From assembly GCA_964291265.2 (NCBI GenBank), contig OZ219746.1:160001-224000 (forward strand): DNA of 64,000 nucleotides, in the 5' to 3' direction. Both the position numbers and the translations under genes were made by a program. Below are positions 50,516 to 59,876 of the stretch, in pieces. The DNA is from Alphaproteobacteria bacterium (GTDB lineage Bacteria; Pseudomonadota; Alphaproteobacteria; SP197). The notes beneath the pieces are model-generated. The model saw nothing but the letters and a program-made list of their open reading frames with translations, ran no database searches and was not told the origin of the DNA. How positions within the stretch are numbered: the first letter of the stretch is position 1; each line of letters starts with the position of its first letter.

Positions 50516-50722
50516 TCACCCGGGCCAGCGAATCAGCAGGCCAAGAACTGCGACGGCGAAGGCCAGGAGCCCTGCAAACGTCAAGATCAGCCGAGTTTCC
50601 CGCCTGGCATTGTCCTCGGCCAGCCGGGAGATATCGGTCTTATACTCGGCTTGCATGGTCTTCATGCGCTCCTCCAGTACGGCCAGCTTGGTTGCCAGTT
50701 CCACGGTGCCTGGGTCGGTCAT
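50516..50722 (-). CDS. Small coiled-coil protein with C-terminal TM helix
   Basis: KLAVLEERMKTMQAEYKTDISRLAEDNARRE followed by hydrophobic LILTFAGLLAFAVAVLGLLI. Confidence 0.6.
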   Translation of the reverse strand: MTDPGTVELATKLAVLEERMKTMQAEYKTDISRLAEDNARRETRLILTFAGLLAFAVAVLGLLIRWPG

Positions 50723-50809
50723 GCGCAACATGATAGTCGATGCGCATGGGCTTGGCGAATTCACCCGATCAATGGGCTGCCGCCATAATGAAGTGAGCAT
50801 TATGTCCGT

Positions 50810-51990
50810 GGCGGTGAGAGTGTAGTTCCACTCGCCGTGGCACGGGTCTCTGCGGATAGCGAGGCCATCCATCTCATCGTCGCTGACCTTGACCCCGAGC
50901 GGATAGCTGTTCTCGTCAAGGTCCGAGCGTATGGTGAGGCCAGCGCCGGTGGTGGTCGCGGCGATCACCTGGTGGCTGACGAGAGGCCGGCCGCGCCAGT
51001 TCTGGGTGATATGACAGAACATCCGGTGCTCGATCTTGTTCCACTTGCCGGTTCCGGGCGGGAAGTGGGCCACCGATACCTTCAACCCGAGTTCGTCGGT
51101 GAGGCGCTGCAGTTCCAGCTTCCACAGACGGTTGCGGCTGCTGTTGGAGCCGCCGCCGTCGGCGGTGATCAGCAGGCGCCTGGCATCGGGATAGAGCAGC
51201 TGGCCCATCTGCCGCCACCAGCGGCGCAGGGTCTCGACCGCAAACGCCGCCGTGTCGTGATCGATCCCGACGCTGACCCAGCCAGCATTGGCGGTGAGAT
51301 CGTAGACCCCGCAAGGGGATCGCCTTGCCGAGCTCCGGATCGGGGAAGTCATGCACGTTGACGGCTTCAGGGCCGCCATTGCGGTACTGGCCAACGATTT
51401 CCTCCTTCTTGGTGTCGACCGACACCACAGGCTGGCCCAGCCTCTGGAACGCGCGCACCCGGCGGTCAATGCGTCGGAACCGCGCATCCCGGTCCGGATG
51501 CTGGCGGCCTTCCAGCGTCTTGCGATGGGCCTGAGGGCTCATACCCCAGATCGTGGAGTAGCCGGTTCACCGTGCGCTCACTGACGCCTTGGCCCTCGAC
51601 CGCAAGACGGGCCGCCAGCCGTGCGGCACTGTGATACGTCCAGCGCAACGGACTCTCCGGATCGCCGCGCGTCATCGGTTCAAGCTCGCGCTCCAGCGCC
51701 GCCACCAAACCCGGATCCACATCCGTCCCCCGCTTGCGCCCGCCGCCGGGGCGACGCAAACGTCCTGAAGGAATCTCACTCGAAGGCCCCGAGACCGCGT
51801 CCGCATCGAGCTCCTTCAGCCCGGCGCGAACGGTGCCGCGCGACATCCCCGTCGCCTCGGCCACTCGCTCAATGCCTTGAGCGCCCGATGGCACGGGCCT
51901 GCGTCGTCGCCCACAGGCGCCGCACACGTTCGTTCAGAACCGGACACAACACCACCGACTCGCTTCCGAACGACGGCAAGGTGATCGACG
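50810..51990 (-). mobile_element. ISAzo13-family transposase pseudogene
   Basis: RRPGGGRKR, RGDPESPLRW, VSVDTKK, ITADGGGSN, PPGTGKWNKIEHR, HGEWNYT over several frames. Confidence 0.88.
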
Positions 51991-52126
51991 ATCAGTTGAG
52001 CTGCAACTGAGGTTCGGCGGCCGGTGACGGGAGAGCGCTCCTCTTCCTGAGCAACATAAAAGGTATTGACTATAGTTACCCTCGTGCAGATATTCTGCAG
52101 CACGACATGTTGAAAGTCAAATCTCG

Positions 52127-52564
52127 GTGGCGAAGTATCAACCTCTGGAAACCCACCTGCGTCATAAAAGGCAAAACCAAATCCTTATGACCTTCGATGA
52201 AATCGAGGAGATCATTGGGGCCAGGCTGCCTGCGTCAGCCTTCAAACACAGGGCATGGTGGTCAAACAACCCTTCCAACAGTGTCATTACTCATGCCTGG
52301 CTTGACGCAGGATACAAGTCGGCGAATGTGGACATTCCAGGCCGCAGGCTGGTGTTTCGCAGAGTCGCGAAGGGAGGTCCGCCGTCCACCGCGTCTGTCA
52401 GCCGCCCTTCGGAACCCGGTCATGCAGGACCGACAGGGGACCTTGAGGCTATCGGCGGTAGCTTGTTCTCGCGCATCCACGGTGCTCTGAAGGGAACGGT
52501 GACGATTCGGCCGGAAACGGACCTGACCGCGCCGGTCGACACCGAATGGGATGCTGCGCGGTAG
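52127..52564 (+). CDS. Putative antitoxin: KY.PL..L/WWSN domain (DUF7662-like) plus a VapB-like C-terminal tail
   Basis: MAKYQPLETHL...TFDEIEEIIG..LP.SA...WWSN; tail GALKGTVTIRPETDLTAPVDTEWDA; directly upstream of vapC. Confidence 0.7.
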   Translation: MAKYQPLETHLRHKRQNQILMTFDEIEEIIGARLPASAFKHRAWWSNNPSNSVITHAWLDAGYKSANVDIPGRRLVFRRVAKGGPPSTASVSRPSEPGHAGPTGDLEAIGGSLFSRIHGALKGTVTIRPETDLTAPVDTEWDAAR

Positions 52565-52570
52565 CCGGAT

Positions 52571-52984
52571 GTGACCGCCGTCCTGCTCGACAGTTGCGCT
52601 GCGATCTGGATTGCGAACGGCGACCCGATAGGGGAACCGGCTGCGTCCGCCTTGCGGGCGATGGATGGCCATGACGACAAGCTCCTGGTGTCGCCCATGA
52701 CCGCATGGGAAATCGCCATGCTGGCGGCCAGCGGAAGACTGGCGCTCTCGCTCGAACCCGAGGCCTGGTTCCATCGCCTTTGCAGCTTGCCCGGAGTGGA
52801 GCTTGCAGGCATGCCGCCTGCCGTGCTGATGGCCTCATGCGCCCTTCCCGGCTCGCCGCCTGCCGATCCGGTGGACCGTATTCTGGCCGCCACAGCGCGT
52901 GCTTTCGGCCATGTTCTGGTGACCCGCGACCGCGAACTGCTCGACTATGGTGGCTTGGGTCATATACGTGTGATGCAGTGCTGA
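52571..52984 (+). CDS. vapC: VapC family PIN toxin
   Basis: LLDSCAAIW, SPMTAWEI, DPVDRILAATA, LVTRD. Confidence 0.9.
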   Translation: MTAVLLDSCAAIWIANGDPIGEPAASALRAMDGHDDKLLVSPMTAWEIAMLAASGRLALSLEPEAWFHRLCSLPGVELAGMPPAVLMASCALPGSPPADPVDRILAATARAFGHVLVTRDRELLDYGGLGHIRVMQC

Positions 52985-53171
52985 TGACACTTGGAACCGT
53001 CACGCCTTGCGGGCGGCATCGGCGACCGTGGCCGCTGGAGAAGGCTCGATGACCTGGCTTAACCAATGAACGATGGATCAAGGACTTCGGGGCAGGCTTC
53101 GCCGCGCCTCCGGACCGGCCTGGAGTTATGCGGGTGCCCGGCGAGCGCAACGCAATGGCGGGCCCACTACA

Positions 53172-53374
53172 GCCCTCCCGACCATGAATCGCGCCTTCGC
53201 GCTCATGTCGACAACGCCCCGCGACGGCAGTGTCGCAGCGCATGGACCATGGGCACGGCCATGACAAGGCGAGCGGAAGGCTGCTGCTTTCCCCTGGCCC
53301 CTGGCCAGGCGGCGTTCGGATGGCGCACCGCGTCGCTGGACATCGTCGTTCTGGACGCCATGCACACGCGGCCG
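53172..53374 (+). repeat. Diverged ~190-bp direct repeat, copy 2
   Basis: See copy 1 at 49265-49456. Confidence 0.8.
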
Positions 53375-53747
53375 CCCCAACCATCGAGACCTTGTTGCGG
53401 CGAACTCCTCGCCGCCCCTGGCGAGACAGCGGCGAACGGCTGCATCGCCCTGATCCACCGTGTTCGAGACCGACGGCCAAAGCGGTCCCGCTGGATCGGC
53501 CATGGTCCGGGTCGTCGATACCCGGCGAGACCGTGACCACGGTCCAGGGGAGCGCCACCGGGACACATGCCATGCCGGGGCCGCCATCGCTTTCGACGAC
53601 GCCCGCACAACATCCGAATTTCCGCGTCTCGATGGCTGGAACCGATGCACAGACCCGGTTGACATGTCTTCGAGTCTGTTCGACCACTTGCGCTGGATGT
53701 CCGGCGATGGCCGCGGGCAGCATGCCACCTTCATCGGGGGTCAAGCC

Positions 53748-54401
53748 TTGAGTACCTTCGTCCCCAGCGAACGCAGCCGCGTCAAACGGCTCTTCAGGCG
53801 CGCTCATTATGACACTGATACCGTGCACCGGCTGATCGACGAGATCGGCACTGGTTCGGTCGGCTACGTGATCGAGGGCCAGCCCCACGTTACGCCGACC
53901 CTGGTCTGGCGCGAGGGTGAACGTGTTTACTGGCATGGCTCGTCGGCCAGCCGCATGCTGCGCAGGGTTCATGGCGGGGTGCCGGTCTGCGTCAACGTCT
54001 TTCACCTCGACGGCTTCGTGCTGGCGCGCTCGGGCATGCATTCCAGCGTCAACTACCGCTCGGCCACGCTTTTCGGCACGGCCGCCTTGATCCGGGACGC
54101 AGCCGGGAAGGAAGCCTCTCTCAAGGCCTTTCTGGACCGCTTCGTTCCGGGCCGCTGGGAGACCCTGCGTCCGGTGCAGGCTCAGGAGCTCAAGGCCACC
54201 TCGGTCGTCGGGATGACCATCGAGGAGGCGAGCGTCAAGATAAGGACCGGCCATTGCGAAGACGACGAGGAGGACTACACCCTCGACATCTGGGCCGGGC
54301 TCGTGCCCGTGCGCACCGTGATCGGCGAGCCCGAGGACGACCCGCGCCTGAAGCCTGGCGTTCCGCGCCCCGAGCACCTCAAGGGCATTCGTATCGGTTG
54401 A
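53748..54401 (+). CDS. Pyridoxamine 5'-phosphate oxidase / NimA-like flavin-binding protein
   Basis: RAHYD, YWHGSSASRMLR, DGFVLARSGMHSSVNYRSA, WAGLVP; TTG start. Confidence 0.88.
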   Translation: MSTFVPSERSRVKRLFRRAHYDTDTVHRLIDEIGTGSVGYVIEGQPHVTPTLVWREGERVYWHGSSASRMLRRVHGGVPVCVNVFHLDGFVLARSGMHSSVNYRSATLFGTAALIRDAAGKEASLKAFLDRFVPGRWETLRPVQAQELKATSVVGMTIEEASVKIRTGHCEDDEEDYTLDIWAGLVPVRTVIGEPEDDPRLKPGVPRPEHLKGIRIG

Positions 54402-54468
54402 CCCGTATCCGTCACCTTGGTGGCGGCCTATGAAGGATCAGGCTGCTTGCCCGTCGAGCGAGGTCGAC

Positions 54469-55938
54469 TCAGAAGAGATTGAACTGCTCGGTATCGCTGC
54501 GTTTCCCGCGCGTCCTGCGGCGCGACTCCTTGCTTGCGTCTCCCGTGACAGCGTCGATCGTGCCGTCGGCGAACTCGATGGCAAGGCTGTCGCCTTCACC
54601 GACCCCTGCTGCCCGTGTCACGGGCGTTCCACCTGATCGCACGACCGCATACCCGCGTTCGAGAACGGAACGGTAGCTGAGACTTTCCAGGAGCTGGTTG
54701 AGCTGGTCGATGGCGTGGACCGGCGCCGCCAGCCGTTCTCCGAGGGCCCGGTCGAGATTGCCGACCAGATGGGTGAGCCGGTCTCCGGTGCGGGCCACGC
54801 GTCCGGCAAGGAGTTCTGCATTGATGCCCGCGGCAACGCTGGCGAGCCGGGCGTGCCTTTCCGCGATCCAGGCGCCCGGTTGCGGCATCGCGAGGATGCG
54901 CTCGTCAAGAGCGCGGCCAAGCTCGGCGAGCCTGAGTGACATCACCCGGTCGAGGCCCGAGACGGCGTGATCGAGATCCTGGCTCCTTTGTTCGAGAATG
55001 CGACCGGGGCGTGGCAATCCGCGGACGAGGCCTGCCAGGTGGCTGGCAAGGCGTTGATGCAACTCCGTCGTCGCTCGCACCAGCCTGCCGTCAGTCTCGA
55101 TCAGGCGCGCCATGAGTTCGGCTCGTACCGGTACGGCAATCTCCGCTGCCGCTGTCGGTGTCGGCGCTCTCAAGTCCGCGGCATGATCGATCAGGGTGGT
55201 GTCCGTTTCGTGTCCGACGGCCGATATCAGCGGTATGGCGCTGGCGGCGGCGGCCCGCACCACGCTTTCCTCGTTGAAGGGCATGAGGTCCTCGAAGCTG
55301 CCGCCGCCGCGGGCGACGATGATGAGATCGGGATGCGGCACCTGGTCGTCGAGGCCAATGGCGTTGAATCCTTCGATGGCGGCCGTGATCTCGGGCGCTG
55401 CGGCATCCCCCTGCACCGTCACCGGCCACACCAGGACATGGCGGGGAAAGCGTTCGCGCAGGCGGTGCAGGATGTCACGGATCACCGCACCCGTCGGTGA
55501 CGTCACGACACCGATGACGTCGGGCAGTGACGGCAGCGGCAGCTTCCTCGCGGGATCGAAGAGCCCTTCTGCTTCGAGCTGCTTGCGCCGCCTCTCGAGA
55601 AGCACCATCAGGGCGCCGAGCCCGGCAGGCTCGAGGCTCTCGATGATCAGCTGGTAGCTGGAACGGCCGGGATAGGTCGTCAATTTGCCCGTGGCCACCA
55701 TTTCCAGACCCTGTTCGGGTCGGTGAGCCAGACGCATTGCCGTCCTGGACCAGCAGACGCAGTCGAGGACCGCCTTGTCTTCCTTCATGGAGAGGTAGAC
55801 GTGTCCTGATGCCGCCCTCGTGACGCGGCCGACTTCGCCGCGGATTCGGACGCGCTCGAAGGCCGCCTCGACCGTCGAGCGCACCTGTTGCGATATCTCC
55901 GCGACGCCGAATTCGGGAATGTTGCCGGATGTATTCAT
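54469..55938 (-). CDS. xseA: Exodeoxyribonuclease VII large subunit
   Basis: SGHVYLSMK, VTSPTGAVIRDI, ARGGGSFEDL, SAVGHETD, APTPTAAA. Confidence 0.96.
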   Translation of the reverse strand: MNTSGNIPEFGVAEISQQVRSTVEAAFERVRIRGEVGRVTRAASGHVYLSMKEDKAVLDCVCWSRTAMRLAHRPEQGLEMVATGKLTTYPGRSSYQLIIESLEPAGLGALMVLLERRRKQLEAEGLFDPARKLPLPSLPDVIGVVTSPTGAVIRDILHRLRERFPRHVLVWPVTVQGDAAAPEITAAIEGFNAIGLDDQVPHPDLIIVARGGGSFEDLMPFNEESVVRAAAASAIPLISAVGHETDTTLIDHAADLRAPTPTAAAEIAVPVRAELMARLIETDGRLVRATTELHQRLASHLAGLVRGLPRPGRILEQRSQDLDHAVSGLDRVMSLRLAELGRALDERILAMPQPGAWIAERHARLASVAAGINAELLAGRVARTGDRLTHLVGNLDRALGERLAAPVHAIDQLNQLLESLSYRSVLERGYAVVRSGGTPVTRAAGVGEGDSLAIEFADGTIDAVTGDASKESRRRTRGKRSDTEQFNLF

Positions 55939-56043
55939 GACGGGCCATGATACAGGACTGGAGCCGGTGGGCCAGCGGCAGGGGAGAAGACACATGGCGA
56001 GAGCCAGCAGGAGGTGCCCCTGCGTGCGGGATCCCCTCCTTCC

Positions 56044-57315
56044 ATGAGGGTTCTTGTCATGGGCGGCGGCGGCCGGGAGCATGCGCTTGTGAAGGCCATC
56101 GTCAGGTCACCGCTCGTCACGGCGCTCTTCTGTGCTCCCGGCAATGCCGGTATCGCTTGCGACGCCGACCCGGTCGACATCCCAGCGGACGATGTGGCCG
56201 GCCTCGTCAGCTGGGCCCGGGCGAACGCCGTCCATCTGGTCGTGCCGGGTCCCGAAGCCCCCCTGGTCGCCGGGATTGTCGACGCGATGGAAGGTGAGGG
56301 CATCGCCTGCATCGGACCGGACGCCGCCGCCTCCAGGCTGGAGGCGTCAAAGTCGATGATGAAGGAGATCGCGGATGCCGCAGGCGTGCCCACGGCCCGC
56401 TGGCGGCGTTTCGATGATGCCGAAGAAGCGAGGGCCTGGATTGCCACGACCGGAGCGCCCATCGTCGTCAAGGCGGATGGTCTGACCGGAGGTAAGGGCG
56501 TTACGGTGGCGTCAACCGTGGCCGAGGCCTGTCGCGCTGTCGACGAGGCGCTGGCGGAACGCGTGTTCGGCAGCGCCGGTTCCTCCGTCGTCATCGAGGA
56601 GTTCCTCGATGGTGAAGAGGCGAGCTATCACGTGCTGGTGGACGGCGCGTCGGTCCTGCCGTTGGCCACGGCCCAGGATCACAAGCGGGTCGGAGACGGC
56701 GACACCGGTCCCAATACCGGAGGCATGGGATGCTATTCGCCGGCGCCGGTGGTCACGCCTGACATCGAGGCACGGATCCTCGACGAGATCATCCGTCCGA
56801 CCATCGCCGCCATGAGGCGGCGCGGCACGCCGTTTCGCGGTGTTCTCTATGCCGGGCTGATGATCACCTCCGAGGGTCCCAGACTCCTTGAATACAATGT
56901 CCGTTTCGGCGACCCGGAATGCCAGGTCCTGCTGGCCCGCCTCGAAGACGATCTGATGCCGGCCCTCCTTGCCACCCGGGACGGCACACTCGACGGCATG
57001 AGCCTCGCCTGGCGCCGCGAGTCGGCGCTGACCGTGGTGATGGCGACAAGGGGCTATCCGGGCACCTATCCCCGGGCCACACCCATTCACCGGCTCGACG
57101 AGGCGGCGGGCGAGGATGGCGTGATCCTCCATGCCGGCACGGCGCGAAGGGGCCATGACTGGGTGTCGGCGGGTGGGCGCGTGCTGGGTGTGACGGCGTG
57201 CGGAGCCTCTCTCGCCGAGGCCCGCGACCGCGCCTATCGCATTGTCGACAGGATCGACTGGCCCGAAGGATTCTGCCGCCGTGACATCGGTCTGAAGGGA
57301 CTCGTGCGCCAATAA
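56044..57315 (+). CDS. purD: Phosphoribosylamine-glycine ligase
   Basis: GGGGREHAL, QDHKRVGDGDTGPNTGGMG, EYNVRFGDPE. Confidence 0.97.
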   Translation: MRVLVMGGGGREHALVKAIVRSPLVTALFCAPGNAGIACDADPVDIPADDVAGLVSWARANAVHLVVPGPEAPLVAGIVDAMEGEGIACIGPDAAASRLEASKSMMKEIADAAGVPTARWRRFDDAEEARAWIATTGAPIVVKADGLTGGKGVTVASTVAEACRAVDEALAERVFGSAGSSVVIEEFLDGEEASYHVLVDGASVLPLATAQDHKRVGDGDTGPNTGGMGCYSPAPVVTPDIEARILDEIIRPTIAAMRRRGTPFRGVLYAGLMITSEGPRLLEYNVRFGDPECQVLLARLEDDLMPALLATRDGTLDGMSLAWRRESALTVVMATRGYPGTYPRATPIHRLDEAAGEDGVILHAGTARRGHDWVSAGGRVLGVTACGASLAEARDRAYRIVDRIDWPEGFCRRDIGLKGLVRQ

Positions 57316-57607
57316 CCCCCGAGTCTGCCCGAAAGCGGGTTTCTCGGTGACGGGGAGAACGCCATTCCGGCGGTCAGAACTTGCAACGTTCCAAGCACCA
57401 TTCCTGCAGGAATGTCCTGCCGCTCATCGCGGTCAAACCGAACGAGGTTCTTGCTCGCCATTCCGGCCGACATCGATGCGCGCAAGGGTGAACCTCATCT
57501 GCAAGCCCCCTGTGTATGAGCATGTCCTTGTTGTTGACGACTCATCCCGGAGTGCTTATTCAACGAGGCAATTGCTCCCCGCCGGACTCGCCGAAAGGCC
57601 CCGGCGG

Positions 57608-57733
57608 GGTAAGCGTTCGCCCAAGGGGTGACGATGATGAGGATGACAGTGGCGACTACGCGTTGCTCCGGGACTCGCCAGCATTCGCTCAGTGCTGTGA
57701 TCGCCCCGATCACCGCGTGACCGAACACTTACC
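57608..57733. repeat. ~125-bp palindromic repeat, copy 1
   Basis: GGTAAGCGTTCG...CGAACACTTACC; core CCGGGACTCGCCAGCATTCGCTCAGTGCTGTGAT shared with copy 2. Confidence 0.9.
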
Positions 57734-57786
57734 GTCGACGAGATGTTCATGGATCCTGATTCTAGGGTCAGAGGAGAGCGGTTTCA

Positions 57787-59007
57787 GTGATTAATGACGA
57801 TTCTGGCATAGGCGAACCAGATAAGGTGGACGGTGAGGGATCCAACCTGCGCGTTCGGGTACCGTTGTTTCCTGTTTACTCAGAGCTGCGCTATCTCTTG
57901 CGCGTGTGGCCCGGACGACCGAGAAAGCAGGTGACTGGGCTTCGCGCGAAAATTCTTGATTTGTGCGGTACTCCAGAGCACTCGGTGGATTGGACCGATC
58001 CCGCGACTTGGATCCCAGAGCGCTTGGACGGCAATGATCGTGAGTTGGCACAGCAGATCTGGGACGACTCGAATGGTGCGGTGAATCCCAGGCACGTCTA
58101 CGGACACTGGCTTCTAGCCATGCGATACGGCCTTCTCCAAGAAGATGGCGACGGGCTTCTCCAAATCACTGAAGATGGTCGCAATTTTCTTGAAGAGCCG
58201 GGAGGCAGGATAGAGGCTTTTGTTGACGAAGCGGAAGGGCTAGCCAAGTTGTTATCCATAGTGGCAGATACCGGACCTAGCCTGCGTGGAGGCCTACTCG
58301 ACCAGTGGGCAGACTACCTCAAGCGCAGTTCTTCAATCCGCGCAGAGTCCATGATCAAGAACACGATGGGTCGGCGTCTTGTCAATCTCGTAGCTCGTGA
58401 TCTGATTGAGCGAAGGGGGAGGCTGTATTCCGCGACACCCAACGGCTTGCGTTATCTCCAGGAGACCAGTAACGAAGGGAATGCTGTAGCCGGAAACCAC
58501 AATAAAGTGTGGGCATTGGTACAGCAGTACACCAAAACGGTGCGCGATAGTCTGCATGATCGGCTTCAGGACATGGAACCGTTTGCCTTTGAACACCTGA
58601 TCAAACGACTGTTGGAGGAAATGGATTATCGGAACGTGGAAGTCACCTCCCGATCAGGTGATGGCGGAGTGGATGTCGTCGCCGATATCGAGGTTGGTAT
58701 CACCTCGATCCGGGAAGTGGTCCAAGCCAAGCGCCACCGCAACCCGATACAGCGAAAGGATCTCGACGCGCTTCGAGGTTCCCTGTACCGCTTCGAAGCA
58801 GTTCGTGGAACTATCGTCACGACTTCTCGGTTCTCGAAGGGCACTCAGGACGCCGCATTCGCCACAGGAGCCGCCCCCATCACACTTGTGGATGGCGAGA
58901 AGCTGGTCGATTTGCTCGTCGAGCACGGCATTGCCGTCCGCAAGCGCACCATAGAGATGCTGGAAGTGGACGCAGATGCTATTGTCGCCATCGAGAAAGA
59001 CAGTTGA
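57787..59007 (+). CDS. mrr: Mrr-family type IV restriction endonuclease
   Basis: C-terminal FEHLIKRLL..M.Y, DGGVD, VQAKR, TTSRFS, LVDGEKLVDLL; lower GC than the backbone. Confidence 0.88.
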   Translation: MINDDSGIGEPDKVDGEGSNLRVRVPLFPVYSELRYLLRVWPGRPRKQVTGLRAKILDLCGTPEHSVDWTDPATWIPERLDGNDRELAQQIWDDSNGAVNPRHVYGHWLLAMRYGLLQEDGDGLLQITEDGRNFLEEPGGRIEAFVDEAEGLAKLLSIVADTGPSLRGGLLDQWADYLKRSSSIRAESMIKNTMGRRLVNLVARDLIERRGRLYSATPNGLRYLQETSNEGNAVAGNHNKVWALVQQYTKTVRDSLHDRLQDMEPFAFEHLIKRLLEEMDYRNVEVTSRSGDGGVDVVADIEVGITSIREVVQAKRHRNPIQRKDLDALRGSLYRFEAVRGTIVTTSRFSKGTQDAAFATGAAPITLVDGEKLVDLLVEHGIAVRKRTIEMLEVDADAIVAIEKDS

Positions 59008-59017
59008 CCGGATACTT

Positions 59018-59144
59018 GCAAGCGTTCGGTCAAAAGGTGACGATGATGAGGAGGGTCACGGTGGCAACTGCGCATCGTTCCGGGACTCGCCAGCATTCGC
59101 TCAGTGCTGTGATTGCCCCGATCACCGCGTGACCGAACGCTTGC
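59018..59144. repeat. ~125-bp palindromic repeat, copy 2
   Basis: Perfect 15-bp terminal IR GCAAGCGTTCGGTCA/TGACCGAACGCTTGC. Confidence 0.92.
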
Positions 59145-59155
59145 CCGGCGGGGTT

Positions 59156-59340
59156 GTTTGTCAGGAGCCTGCAACGAAGCGGGCCATGTCGTTCATCGAC
59201 GGCCAGAACCTTCTCCGACATGCCAAGCACGCCTTCGGGCACCATCATCCGCACTACGCCCGAACAAGCCCGCGGCAGCGGTGTGCGCGGCCAAGGGCTG
59301 GGTAGCTGCTGGCGTTCGCTTCCATACAGGCGTCCGGATG
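59156..59340 (+). pseudogene. NYN-domain (PIN-like) gene relic
   Basis: EPATKRAMSFIDGQNL..AKHAFG...; shifted AVCAAKGW..GVRFHTGV; truncated. Confidence 0.6.
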
Positions 59341-59546
59341 TTGCCGCATCATGCTCCACGCACAAGTATGGTGCCGCAGCTCAAGCTACCTCACCTCCAT
59401 GGCGGCACTCGGCTGCAATGATCACGTTGCCATCCAGATCTTCCCCGACGGAAAGACCGTAGACCGTACACATGATCAACGAACACGAATTCACAAGGTT
59501 CACACAACTCAATACGATCCTGTGCTGACCTGGCATCGTGGTTCCT

Positions 59547-59873
59547 TCAGCGAACCTCGATCAGTACCTCACCCGCTTCCAAGGCAACCTCAATCTCCCC
59601 AAGCAGATGAGCCAACCGGGTGCGAAGGGCAGCATTGCTCGTGTTGCCGCAACGTATCCAGACCACCTGCAAGCCAGGTGACTGCCGCACCCTCTCGGCG
59701 AAGTCCGCATCCTTGGACCATATGACAGCACGCCTGTCGCGTGCCCAGGACTCGATACACTCATCTGTCGCGGAACCCAGTCCGATATCGTTCACGTGAT
59801 CACACGCGTGACCTCTCGCCGAAAGCCATTGCGCCAGACCTGGCGGCAGCTGCGCATCGACCAGAAAGCGCAC
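59547..59873 (-). CDS. DUF5615 PIN-like toxin
   Basis: MRFLVDAQLPP..A, ATDE.I, SKDADF, WIRCGNTS. Confidence 0.88.
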   Translation of the reverse strand: MRFLVDAQLPPGLAQWLSARGHACDHVNDIGLGSATDECIESWARDRRAVIWSKDADFAERVRQSPGLQVVWIRCGNTSNAALRTRLAHLLGEIEVALEAGEVLIEVR

Positions 59874-59876
59874 GGA

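Noticed and set aside
57317-57356. Hairpin after purD as an intrinsic terminator
   Set aside because: Imperfect stem with no U tract; not enough support
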